This document shows, piece by piece, positions 11,437 through 23,800 of a stretch of 64,000 bases of DNA. Where the stretch lies: the NCBI GenBank assembly GCA_964106915.2, contig OZ066919.1. One strand, 5' to 3'. A model generated the notes under the pieces. That model made no database searches. It was not told where the DNA came from and saw only the letters and a program-made list of their open reading frames with translations. Positions within the stretch are counted from its first letter, which is position 1. Every line of letters starts with the position of its first letter. The position numbers and the translations under genes were made by a program. The DNA comes from Podarcis gaigeae. Taxonomy: Eukaryota.

Positions 11437-13566
11437 TTCGATAGCTTCTCTTAACACAATTTTGTATCGCATGAACAGATTTCTTTAGGAGCTTAAAAAA
11501 AAAAAAAAGCTGGAAGGAAGGTGACATTTTCAACAAAATGTCATAGGGTTGAAACAGTAGTAAAAATAAATTACCAGCATGGCAAAAATGTTATTTACTT
11601 TACCACGTAAGCTTTTCACTAATTCCGTTCTTTACAGACTGTACATGTTTTACAATTGACCCATTTCGAAAGAAAAAAAAGTTACACACGTACAGATGAT
11701 GCAGGCAACACAGTATACTAACAAAGGCACTGCCAGCAGTAGTCTGCGCTTCTTAAGGTAGGGCCTCCTCTAACTCCTCTCTCTAAGGCGTCTGCTCTGC
11801 CACCGCTGAAGTGGTTAAGCTTTCTCTCAAAATCCAAGTTCCCTGGTGGTTTCCCCCCCCTTCTCCTCTTAATGCCCCTTAGCTATATATAATCTTTTAA
11901 AGAAACAAAACAAAAATAATGCCTGCCTGTTTTTGCAGGTGGCTTAGTCAGCAGCATTCACATAAATTGCATAAGAAGCCATGCCTTCTATTAAAAATGT
12001 TCAAGACATGCTGTTATGGGATGGGGGTGAGGGGAGCAGGGAAAGGGAGAGTGCCATTATTGAAAAGCAGTTCTTAAAAAAATAAAAATAAAACATGACA
12101 TTATATATATTTATATATACTCAACATTCCTAGGGAGAAGTAGTCAGTGACTTACAAAGACTGTTTCCTGTTCTTGTCTCTTGGTGATGGCGCAGGAGGC
12201 TGACATCCTGGGGTCCCTCCTCAGTGTGCCAGGCCAACAGTTTTAACAGCGCTTAGGAAGAGTTTTGAGTGCTCTCTCGCCTGGGTTCAATAGTTGCATG
12301 TGCTTATCTGGATCTGTGTCTTGCTTTCCTTGTGCTGTGCTAATACATCTTGTACAGCAGTATTAGAGACTGGGTAACTGTCTATGGGGGAGCTGTGGTG
12401 GTGGACTTCCTGAAGATAACTTTGGAGGTACCTGAGAGCTCTGTGCCCTTTCAGCTGCGGTGTAGAACCTCTGCACTCAGCCCTGAAAAACAAACAAATC
12501 TTCCTTCCTTTGACTTCCCAAAGACAGCTTTGCTCCGAACAACGTCATAGAGGGTAGCCAGGTTCTGAAAACGTAGATGTGGGCCTTCTGGTGTTATGAA
12601 ACAGTTTTGCAATGCAAATGACATAGAGAATCAATTCCATTTTTTTAAGTGCTGGGATATGAGCCCCAAATTGGCTCATTAGCAGACCTGCACCCTGGTC
12701 CCAGTTCCTACTGGGTAAGAGAAAACTGTATACTGGAAGGAAGGGCTCTAAGTTGAAAATATTAGGCTGGAAGCATAAACAAGAAAACAACCCTGAAGTA
12801 TTGCCAAAACAAAAATAAAACTGACCTTATTTTCCTGTGTGAAAATATAAACTCTTTTGCTCAAAGGCCAAAGCACTCTAAAGCTCATCAAAACCTGCTC
12901 TACTTCTACAGATTTCTTGACATCTCGTTCATTCATTCTCTTCATTCTGTGCAAGTCTGTTTGGCATCCTCTACAGTGTCCACATGTACCAGAGCAATAA
13001 CCCTCCCATGTGATTAAATTACTACAGAGAACACGTTCAACTCACTTCTGCCACACATACATAAATCCACGTGGAAAGGTACTGGGATGGCAGGAGAAGA
13101 AAAGAAGGTAGTACAATTGAAGACAAGGCATCTTCCACTGCTTGTGTGAACTACTAGCTCATCCTTAAGCTAGCCTCAAAGAGGAAAGATTTCAAAACTA
13201 GTTTGTAGGGTCAAACTCACACTGAAATACATTGAGAAGGGGAGGGGGTGGTTATACCTTAAGCAACACAATTCCTTGGATATTCAGCATTCACTGCAAA
13301 GTTTCCTGCCTATTCTGTTCTGTACAAGCAGGGGAGATGGGAAGAAGCAGTGTTCATTTTTGGTTTCTGGAGGGTCAGTGGATTGGAACATTTAATTTCC
13401 TGTTCTATAGTTGCCAGTTCTGAGCACACACCATGGACTACAACCAATTGAAAAAGTGTCCTGAGGAAAAAAAGGTTTTGGTTGGGTGGGGTTTCTTTCC
13501 ATTTTTTAAATAATATATAATTTTTTTGAAATTTAGTTTATCCCTAGCCACACTTCCAAGTTCAGG

Positions 13567-13719
13567 TTATCCAGGCTTCCCATTTGCTTCTTTCAAGGCC
13601 TCATGCAGTCTTTGTTTAAACCTGTCATACTTTTTCTGCACTTGCTGGATTTTCTCTTTTTCTTCCCTTTCTAGTATCACCAGGAAATTCTGTAGCTCTG
13701 GAATAGAGAAGTCATCCCA
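13567..13719 (-). CDS. RASSF5: RASSF5 last coding exon, SARAH domain (WDDFSIPELQNFLVILEREEKEKIQQVQKKYDRFKQRLHEALKEANGKPG*)
   Basis: cacag| acceptor, TAA at 13569-13567; human WDAFSIPELQNFLTILEKEEQDKIQQVQKKYDKFRQKLEEALRESQGKPG*. Confidence 0.96.
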   Translation of the reverse strand, partial: WDDFSIPELQNFLVILEREEKEKIQQVQKKYDRFKQRLHEALKEANGKPG

Positions 13720-15729
13720 CTGTGGAGAAAAGGCACACACACAAACTTTAGATTGGCAGACAGAAAATGCACATTATTCCAAGTCTGTGGGTAGATGCTA
13801 GATGTGACCTGACTAACTGACATGATTTTCTGCAGGAAAAACCCACAAAATAACTCATCCTCCCCAGTCTTTCATTTTACCTCATTTGCTACACTGAAAC
13901 CTTCAGGCCCAGAAAGTAGAAGCCTCCCACAGGAAAAATTACAGTCCCTATATAATTTTCCCAACTTGGCTTTCCACCACAAAAAAGAGTTCCAATATGC
14001 TTAAGGGGTGGCTTTCTAGAATAGAGTTTGCTAGGTTTTATCGATCGCCCTTTAATTCAATAGCTGCAGTTCAAAAAGGTTCAGAGAGTGGCCCAGTTCT
14101 TGCAATCAATTCCTCACTTAATAAGCCACACTATGCACTAACTGCTTGTGGGTGCTCAGGACTCTTGCTTCTCCCTTCGTGTAGTTTAATATCCTGGCTT
14201 CCTTATAAGACATTAATCATAGCTTCCCCTTACATGTGAGCCCTGAAATGATGGTTAAGAGCTGAATCCTGGCTTGATTTGCTGCTCCCTTGCAGGGAGG
14301 ATTGATGGGGCTGTGTGGAGGTGAACAGCGCTTGTTCATATCCTGACTTGCTAAGCCAGGTGGTGGTATAAAAAAAAAAAAATCCAGGTGCCCAAACTTC
14401 ACAATTTTGCACAGTTCAAAGGGTGAATTCTCCAAAGATTTTTTCAAAAAAATAAAACCCAAGTTCAAAGAATGGGTTGGGGAATAATTCTGAAAACACA
14501 GCAGTTCAAGGCAAAAATCCCAAGCGATGGTTGTTTCCCTTTCAAAGACACCACCCAACCCACTTTTCAGCTTTGGAGTATTAAAAGTGGTTTGGGGCTT
14601 CAGTGACGGCATGTTTTGAACTAGAGACACGGCAAAATAAAGTAAAAAAGAAGCAATGTATATATGCGCCCCTTTAAATCACAGTCACCATCCAGAGATT
14701 GAGTGAAATGTGTAAATACCTGAGATTCTTGAGATATTATGACCCTAAGAAAAAACCCATTCTGTGCATGAATTTCATGCATGTTCTGGGTCTACAGAAC
14801 ATGATGCCCGCAGGTAGAAATGGGGAACCTGTGGGCCTTGAGATAAACATTGCCTGATCATTGTCTGGCTGGCTGGGACTGATGGGACTCCCAACAACAG
14901 CCACAGCTTCTCCATTCTTGCCAAAAGAGGAAGAATAAAGAGAGAAGGTAACTCTTTAAGGTGTTGAAGACCTGAGGCTTCCAGTCAGATCAGGTTTCTA
15001 AGCAAGTGTACTTTACGGGGAATCCTTCCTCCTCTAAGAACTTCCATTTTGCCAGCAAACTGTATTTTGAAAAGCAGCTTATGGCAGAGTTCTGGAAGGC
15101 ATGCCTATTCTTAATTTTGAAGTTGTTTCTCGTGCTCAACAGAAAAAGGAGATAGTGTAATTCCATACTTTAGCCCAGTCCTCTAGTTTAAAAACACAGT
15201 GGAATTATCTGTTTGCTATATTGCTGTCTCTGTGCATCCAGAGGATGTGAGGGTAGGGTGAGAGTGGAGAAAGCATGTATTTAGGTAATCTATGGATGCA
15301 AATGACTAATCTGCAATATTGCACCAAGCTTATCTACCTTTTGAAGATTTACCATATGCTCCCTCTTCTTAAACTTTAGAAAACAAGCATTTTAAGGATT
15401 ATGGCTCAGAACTCTGCAAAGAGGCTGACTTGTTTCAGGTACAGTCAAACTTTAAAGAAAGCCAAGTGTAAACAATAAAGAAAGGGGAATCAAATGTAGC
15501 CTTAAAAGACTCCTGGCTCAAGGAGCCTTTTATTTGCCTCTATTCCTTCCATCTTCAAATGCTGGCACCGAATAATCCGTATCGTCAGTAACAAAGAAGG
15601 GAACCACAAGAGCAGGAAGTGTGCTTTTTCCACCCACTGCAAATGGCTGCTTGTGCGATGGGACTGCCTGCTTTCTGAGAGCAGAACGTGTTTGTGCAGG
15701 TTCGAAAGGCAAGCAGCTTCCAGACTTAC

Positions 15730-15845
15730 CTCAACTTCCCCTGTTTCGTTTTCCTTCAACACAAAACTGAGAATGTCTGTGTCAGGACCTGCTAGTAGCC
15801 GGAGGTACAAAGGGTACTCTGTTACCGAGAGCTTCTGGGATAGAA
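15730..15845 (-). CDS. RASSF5: RASSF5 coding exon, end of RA domain (VLSQKLSVTEYPLYLRLLAGPDTDILSFVLKENETGEVE)
   Basis: ctgcag| and |gtaagt, 116 bp, phase-compatible. Confidence 0.96.
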
Positions 15846-16605
15846 CTGCAGAGGGGACAAAAACATGAGAGAATCACCTGAGGCCTTTGAAAAGGAGGGC
15901 ACATATTTCAACTATTAAAAAAAAGCCCTCCCACACCTCTCCATGTTGTAAAGGCCCACAGAACGTCAAGGAGAGGACAGAAAGAAAGAAAAAAAAGGCT
16001 GCAGCATCCAAGTGATGTTTTGCAGTTCTTTCCCTCCCTTTCCCAAAAGAGTGGCTAGCTGTGAACCACTACAGTATTTCATAAACATTTATTTTAAATT
16101 CTACAGAACTGAGGGTTAGCGCCAGCCATTTACAGTATATCCCTCAAGGAAATCTGTAACAGGGCAGATCAGTAACACTTCTAGATGACTCAAAGACAAA
16201 CTACAAGCATCCAGTTGTATCCATTTGAGTCATAATTTCTCCATAGCCTTCTACTACAACTACCTGGGACCATTCTGTAAAAGTGTGGGGGGGGGTACTC
16301 TAAGCACAAATGGGGCTTACAGAGCAACCTTCCCCAAACTCTGTCCTCCAAATAATTTAGACTACACAGCTCAATGGTTGGGGTAGTGGACGTTGCAGCC
16401 CAGAACACCTGGATCTCACCAGATCAGGGGAGGCAGCTCTGGACTTTACCATTATAAACATAAACAGTTTTGAAACAAAGAGATAGAAACAGGCTAGCAT
16501 CATCTTCATCATTTTATTTGTATGCCGCCTTCCCACAGTTAAAGTTAAGCTTAAGGCAGCTTACAACATAAAAAGATTTACAGAATTACAAACATAACAA
16601 ATGTA

Positions 16606-16667
16606 GCCGCCCAGAGTGGCTGGGGAAGCCCAGCCAGATGGGCGGGGTATAAATAATAAATTATTAT
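16606..16667 (+). mobile_element. About 60-bp extreme 3' end of the L2 family at 4-925
   Basis: gccgcccagagtggctggggaagcccagccagatgggcggggtataaataataaatt is the reverse complement of roughly 50-105. Confidence 0.8.
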
Positions 16668-16979
16668 AGCTATAAACAAAAAATGAAACACATTAATGAG
16701 TGCACAACCAAACTGAACGACTTCCATATAAAGCATATGATCTAAAGATACATTTTTTTTTAGTATCAACTGCAGCAACAAAAAAACTCCTAAACAAACC
16801 CAAACTCAAGAAACTGTTCAGCAGCCTCAGCTTTTGTTGCTGGAGTGAGTCAGGGCCCTGCGCTCCCAGGCCAGGTGGGAGAAGGTGGAGAGCAGGACTC
16901 AGCCAAGAAGCAAGCAGCTCTTCTTTGAAGCCTGATCACTTTATTCTTATTACTGTCTCAAAAGGGAACACTATCTCAC

Positions 16980-17277
16980 CTTGACCATCTTTCTGCATCT
17001 GCTTGAAAAGTGCAAATTTCTGTGGGTTGTCCACCACCATAAATTTCTTCAGAAGTCCTTGGATCACCTCACTCACGGTGGTGCTGCTGCTGATGTGCAA
17101 CTGTTTGATGGCATCCAGTGGCAGGTAGAAGGATGTTCTCTTCTCTGTCATGTTGGCCATGTTGACCTCCTTGAGGGCATCGTAGATGGACTGCGGCCTG
17201 ATCCCTGCTGGCACCGTCACAGGCCGGCGAAGTTTCAGGTGAACTTTGATGAAGCCTGTGTAAGTGCCGTCATCATT
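16980..17277 (-). CDS. RASSF5: RASSF5 coding exon, Ras-association domain (NDDGTYTGFIKVHLKLRRPVTVPAGIRPQSIYDA...KFMVVDNPQKFALFKQMQKDGQ)
   Basis: atcag| and |gtgaga, 298 bp; near-identical to the recalled human RA domain. Confidence 0.97.
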
Positions 17278-19934
17278 CTGATGAAATTAAAATGAAGGTT
17301 GAAAAGATGTTAAAAAGCAGGGTTGGTGGCATTTATTTTGTTTGCTGAATTTTTTGAAATATGGGACACAGGAATTATTTCCATAAAAGCTAACAGAAAG
17401 CTTTCAGAGCCATTCACTGACTATTGACAGAAACAACTGAATGGGAAACCTTCAGTACTGATGGGCCGAGCTAGTGCAGTCGCTTTGAAGGCTCACTTCC
17501 CTCAGGAAAAGCACACATAGGCTGCCTGCACAACTGGGAAGAGGAGTTTGTCAGAGATGAGTTTTATCTTAAAGGATGTTGGCTTAGTGTTACATGTGAA
17601 ACAGAACCTGGTTTAAAACAAAATGGTAGTTTAATAAGCTCTTAGCTTTTTGATGCTATGATGCTATGTGCAAATGAAGACAGACTCTCTAGATCGAGGA
17701 GAAGGGTATATGTAGGGTCTAGAGACCAGAGGAGCATGAAAGAACTGAGACAAATGGAGTGAACCAAGGAATACAGCAGGGTTGGAGAGCCTATGGACTT
17801 TCAGGTGCTCCTGAACTACAATTCCCATCATCCCGGGGGAGCCACAGTTTCTCCCCAACCCTGGAATATCGGGTTATTAAGTCTTCTGACTTTATTCTTT
17901 TAAATTCTGCCACTTATGGCTTCTATTATTCCTGCAGTCTTGTGACCTGACAAATATTATGGAGCAACAAGGGCCAGGACACAGGATGGTAAGAGACAAG
18001 AGTGAGCATCACTTACTGACTTGCACTAGCAATGACTCCTAGTCATTCTCTGGGGGCATTCTAAACCACAAGCAAGGCTTAGCAAGGCACAGTCATTGTT
18101 GAAAGACTCACAGGCCAACATGAGTTGGGTGAAAAAGCCATCCCCTTTCCTTTGTCTGAATTCTGAACGGGCCTTCTCTTTGTGTATCTGCAGAGTTTAG
18201 GCTGTTGTTTCTCCAAATGAGAACATAACCAAGAATGCCAACTGAAAGCAAATTATCAAAGGTCTTGGTACCTTGGATGGTAAATTTCCTGTGATGGAAA
18301 AAAATGAACACTTCTGCTTCCATATGGGTATGAGATCTGGGGCAGCTGCTGAACCACAGTGGGAGGTGGCTGGGCTGTGTTAATCTTGACTCATCTGGGC
18401 TAGAACAATAGAGCTATTTGTGGAAAATCATTTGCTGTAGTGGCTACAGAATGCTTCAGTTGAAGATTCAAAATTAGCTACAGAACAGTTTTGCCCAGCT
18501 GCTATATGGCTCACACCAATTACACTGCAGGTTCACAAAATAAGCTCTGAAGGAGTTCTGCTGATGGGGAGATCTATCCAAATCCTGAATTCAAAGAGTG
18601 TCTGTCCTTTGGACTTGCTGCTTAAAAGAGGCACGTCCCAAGTTATTTTCCTTACCATAAGACCTGTGCACAATTACTAGAGCCAATGGTGAAATCCCAT
18701 GCTGCCCATCTATTAGTGAAAGAGACTTCCCTTTGTCTCTCCTGCCCCCACTGCAGACTCCACCCATGAGGCAAGGTGGGGCAACCACATCAGGTGGCAA
18801 GATCCACTGGGGCAGCAGATCCAGCCTCCAAGGAATGCATTGCCCGCTGCTGCCACTGTAATGGCACCAACAACTGTGGCATGCTCCTTGGAGACCAGAT
18901 CTGCCATCTCCTCAGCAGCCTACCCCCCATGCTGCATCTACAGTGGCCTCTTGCTGATTTAGAGGCACTGCTGGCCTCCCACCCTTGTTCCCAATATAGA
19001 TGTTTATTCCTCCCCTGTTCCTTCCCTGGCCCAGGGGGTCACTTACTTCTCCTTCCCTGGCCCAGGGGGTGGGGATGATGACACCATTTTGAGGTTCAGC
19101 TCAGGGGCCAAAATGCCTTGGGCTGGCCCCAACTCCTATGCACCCTCAAAAATCTGCTCCAGAAGTTGTTTTGATATGAAAGATGGTCAACCAAAAGACT
19201 GAACAGATTGATGGCAGCAGCTGTACTGCTCAGGATGTTATATATCCGTTTGGCTGGGATGTTATGTCAGCTTTGCTATATTGATCAGTTCCGGTAAGCA
19301 CAGCAGCATCCATGAAGTAATGTACAATCTAAACGCAATCATGCACATCGACCAACACGGTGTGAAAGGAATTGATACAGACTGGAGCTCAAGTACTCTA
19401 CCTCTGAAAAGCAGAGTTGTGATAAGTGTGAACGTTGCTTCTTTTTTCCATTTACTCCTTGTGAAGCCCTGGTCCATTCTTAATGAACTTATTGATTATG
19501 AATCATTGAGCTATGCTGTACTCTCATAATAAGACTACCCAAAAGATAGGGTCGGATAGAGGTAAAAATCAATACTTTTTATATTTTGTCTTGGTGGTCA
19601 GCTCTATAAAGCATCAGCTGTGGATGAGTTCCTCCCCACACATCGCCACAGGAGTTAGGTGGCCACCCCAGTTGGGGAAACGGCAACTCTCAGAAGTCAG
19701 AGTTTCATTTGTTGTATGTGTTATTGGTGGACAAAAAAAGTGTACATTTCCCCAATGAGTACAAGGGGCATGAGGTAGAGATTGGTTCACCTTTGAACTT
19801 GGGAATACCTCCACTACAATGGCCACAGGGGGCAAAAGAAGACCAGCTTCAATATACTGTTTTGTAGCTTGCATGACAAGAGCCTACACTACTGTCCTAA
19901 AAGTAATAAGTAATACAGAAAATGCAGTACATAC

Positions 19935-20054
19935 CAGCTTCATCAGCAAGCAGTTGTTGACTTTTGAGTTGTAAATGTCAATCTTCTCCTTCAACTCTTG
20001 GACAGTAGGAGCTTTAGGTTTTTCTTCTTTTTCTTCCACTGGTTTTGTTACATT
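19935..20054 (-). CDS. RASSF5: RASSF5 first shared coding exon (NVTKPVEEKEEKPKAPTVQELKEKIDIYNSKVNNCLLMKL)
   Basis: ttctag| and |gtatgt, 120 bp, phase 0/0; human NVCKPVEETQRPPTLQEIKQKIDSYNTREKNCLGMKL. Confidence 0.94.
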
Positions 20055-20803
20055 CTAGAACACCAACAAAACAGAACACTTCAGTTGGCTCATGCAGCTT
20101 TTGACATGATCCTACTACATCCCGCTTCATTTTGTATGTTTTATTCTTATTTATTGCTTTTTAAAATTAAATTTATATCCTGCCCACCCTCCCAAAGGAA
20201 CCTAGGATGGCAAGCAATAAAGCAATATTACACCTTAAACAAAACCCCAATATAGATGCAGATTGTTCTTACATGCCTACACATTATTTATCACCATCAT
20301 GCTGCTGTAGTAGCAGCAGCTTTTCTAGTAGCAACATTAACCATTTCTAAAATGCCTAAGCTTTGTTAAGTTCAACAAACAGGTTAAAAGTAAGATATGT
20401 ACATGAATGGGAACTCCTTCCCCAGGTGATAACCAAAAAGAAGATCATGAGGGGAGAGAATGACCTTGGCTGTTAGGGGTGGGTGTGTTCACTGTATGAA
20501 ATCCCTTCCAATTTCTCCACCAACGGAATAAACACAATTCAGTACTTAAATCATGTTAAGTTACTTTTGCAAAGCTGTTAAAAAAAATTTTTTGCATGTC
20601 ACTCAAACTTGAGTGTTTAACTTGTTGGCTGATGGGTGGTGGTTGTTTTTTGCAGAATTTTGAAAGGAGGGGCAAAGGACGTTGCCATACAAGCTCTTAA
20701 ACGAACACAAACACATCTATATGTAGTTACCCAATAACATATTGACCTCCCCCCCCCCCATCAGAACTTTCTATGACATATAATGCATTGCAATTTTTGT
20801 TAG

Positions 20804-23800
20804 AAAAGTGGTCCAGAGTACAGAAATGCCTTCTGAGCTTCCACCTCTATTGGGGCACCTGCAGAGGACATCAGAGCATGTGATATATTCCCAAAGTGGT
20901 TGGAGAAGAAGCACACCATTCCCTCAGCATAGTGTTCAGCATCTTTCATGGAGGACATGCCAATCAATGTCAATTAGTCATTATAGCTAAGCGGAGCCTC
21001 CACATCCTGACTCTATGTATCACTGAATACCAGATGCTGAGAAACAACAGTGGGACAAGGCTCCCCAAAGGCATCTTCTGAGGAACACTCAGTTATTCTG
21101 GTGGGACTCTTCTGAACAGTTAAACAGAATGGTTCTTAGTGTGACATTCTGGTTTCATCTAGCCTGTAAGAACCATTATCCCACTGAGCCATTTACTGTG
21201 ACAATATAAGTCTTATACGATACATGAGAGGTTGCTTTTTGAGCAGTCGATGATAACAACAGAATCGTTGTTGCAGATCTGATAAGTGGACATTTCAGTG
21301 ATGCATTGATTCAACCTGCTCTGGGATCTTGCCTATTCCCCAAATGGGAAAAGCAGAAAACCAACATAGATGTTGCTCATAGCCTTTTTCAGAGGCCCCA
21401 AGGTGGTTACTGCCCAGCACACTTTTCCTGTACATTTTACACTGTTAAATGTATATCTGTGGCACAGGAGGACTTAGCAGACCTGCTTAGCAGCACAAAT
21501 TCAATCCAGAGGGCTTGTAGGACTTGTTCCATGTGTATAATACTCAACAGAAGTGCCCCTCCCCCCCCAAGTGGGTGGGAGATGCTGATTGCAAGTGGAA
21601 GGGAACTGGCACTGTTCAAGGCAGAAAGGGTATCAGACTGTTTTAACTGGAAAAGACCAAAATAAGAACCAGTGAAATGAGTTAGAGTAGCCAAGTATGC
21701 TAATTTACAGAGCAGAGTCTTCAGTTTGCTGAGTTTGGCTTAATGATAAAGAAGACAAGAAAGGAGAGCAGGTGCTCCGAAGGTCCCCTTCACTAGTTAA
21801 CACCTAGACAGCAGGTGAAGGATGATGCAGGTCACCTACACTTCACACTATGGTGAGCTGCATTTTATTTCTATTTAAGTTACAATGATACCATCTAAAT
21901 TTGCTTGCATATATACAAATCTGCACGCTATACAAGTCAGTGTCCTCTTTTTTTGGTGAGATCATTCCTATGGGGTGATGCCTAAGTTGCCACCTGAGCT
22001 TGCATAGGGGAAATATATTCCCCAGAGGTGAGTAAAGCACATAGTAAGTTTTTTTTAAAGGAGATACTTCACTGCATTTGATGTAAAGGCAGCATTGCTA
22101 AGACTTCTCAAGCAACGCCATATAGAACGCAGCCTTTCACACACTAAATGAGAGTCCCCACTGTCAATGATGGAAGCCACAGAAGTATTCTTTACAGAAT
22201 GTGGATAGTGTTGGGCAGAGCAAGCTCAATAAACTTTGCTGCCTGTGCCAAAAGACATGTCCACACCAATTCTGTGTGGCGCTGAAGGGATGGAACATGG
22301 ACAGCAGGCAAGTTTAGGGGTGGAAGACAGGCCATTGGGCACACACAGCTCTGTCTTCCAAAGAGAGGAATGACCAAGGGACTGCCAAATTGCCATGCAG
22401 CATCTATCACCTGAGGAGGGTGCCTCATTCTGCCTAAGGATAGGGCTGGCCCTGCAGTTGGTTAGAGAACCCACTCTATTTGGATTTCAGCACCGATTCT
22501 TAGAACCGTGAGCCAAACTACTACAGTAAAGACAAGTCTGATGAGCTTTCACTACAGAAAACCCCTCTTAAGGGCCATGGGCATCTCCAGACTCTGGATG
22601 AGGTAGAAATTTTGTGCTTTGTTTCATTTGGTTTGAAGGACTCACTGCAGAAATCAAGAGCCTTCATTTCACAGAAGGATTGATAATTTTTATCACTATG
22701 CAATTTATCAGAGAAATTGCGGATAGTCATTTCTCCCGGCAGTGATAGTGCTTTTGCATGGGAGGCAAAACAAACCTGATAACCTCAGTCCACACAGGAA
22801 GTATGCTCATCGTAGCTGCTGCAAACAGTCTAGCACAAGAGTAGTTGATGTGGTGCCCTCTAAATGCTGCTCAACTACAATCCCCACACTCCCTGAGTGC
22901 TGTTGCTCCCTGAGTCCCATGCTGTTGGGACTGGTGGGCGCTGGAGTCCAACAACATCTAGAGGGCAAGACATTGGCCACCACTCATCTAAGCATAATCA
23001 CTGTAGATAGCAGAGCAACTGTGGTACAAAGCAATAATATTATTGATACCTAGTTGATTCCTCTGCATAAAACGTACAATACCATTTTATAGTTTAATTG
23101 TTGTTAGCTGCCCTGCTGGGCACTAGAAGAGCAGGTTATAAATTTTAGCTTATTTTATCTTGTTTATTAAACAAACACATAAATGTTTTGTAAGATAATC
23201 ACTGAGGAAAGCATAATTTGAAAGCACCCAAATATATCGTTCTGCTCCCAGTCAAGCCTAGGCTACAGGAAGCTAGAGATAATAACCACTGTGTTATAGT
23301 TTGGAAGAAATCGATGTACAGAGAAGTTCTAGGGTCGTAAGTCAGTCAGTGGAAGACTAGGAAAAGAAGTAATGATTCATGACTTTGCTCAAATTAGTGC
23401 AGCAATTTAAAAACCCTGTCCTACCTGCAAGTTCATTTTTGCAACACAGAATGCAACTTAAAGCCACAAGTAACTTTAAACTCCACAGCAGTATTTAATA
23501 TACGAATGTGCATTCTCCATGCAAATAATACATGTACAAATCTCCCTGCCAACTGCAAAAATTGCAGGAAGTATTAACAACCTGGATGCTTCCTAACCAA
23601 TCACTTTTCTCACAGTCACAAAAGGAATTAGATCAATGAATGTACAGCCTGAATGAGCAATTACTGCATGCAGGAAACACACAGAGAGGCAAAGGCTCTT
23701 CTCTCTCATTTCAATGTATTTTTCAAGGAAGCCAAATCAGAAAATAGAGGAGGATTCCCAAGTGGGGCCTTATGCAAATCCACCCATTAATCTTTCCATG

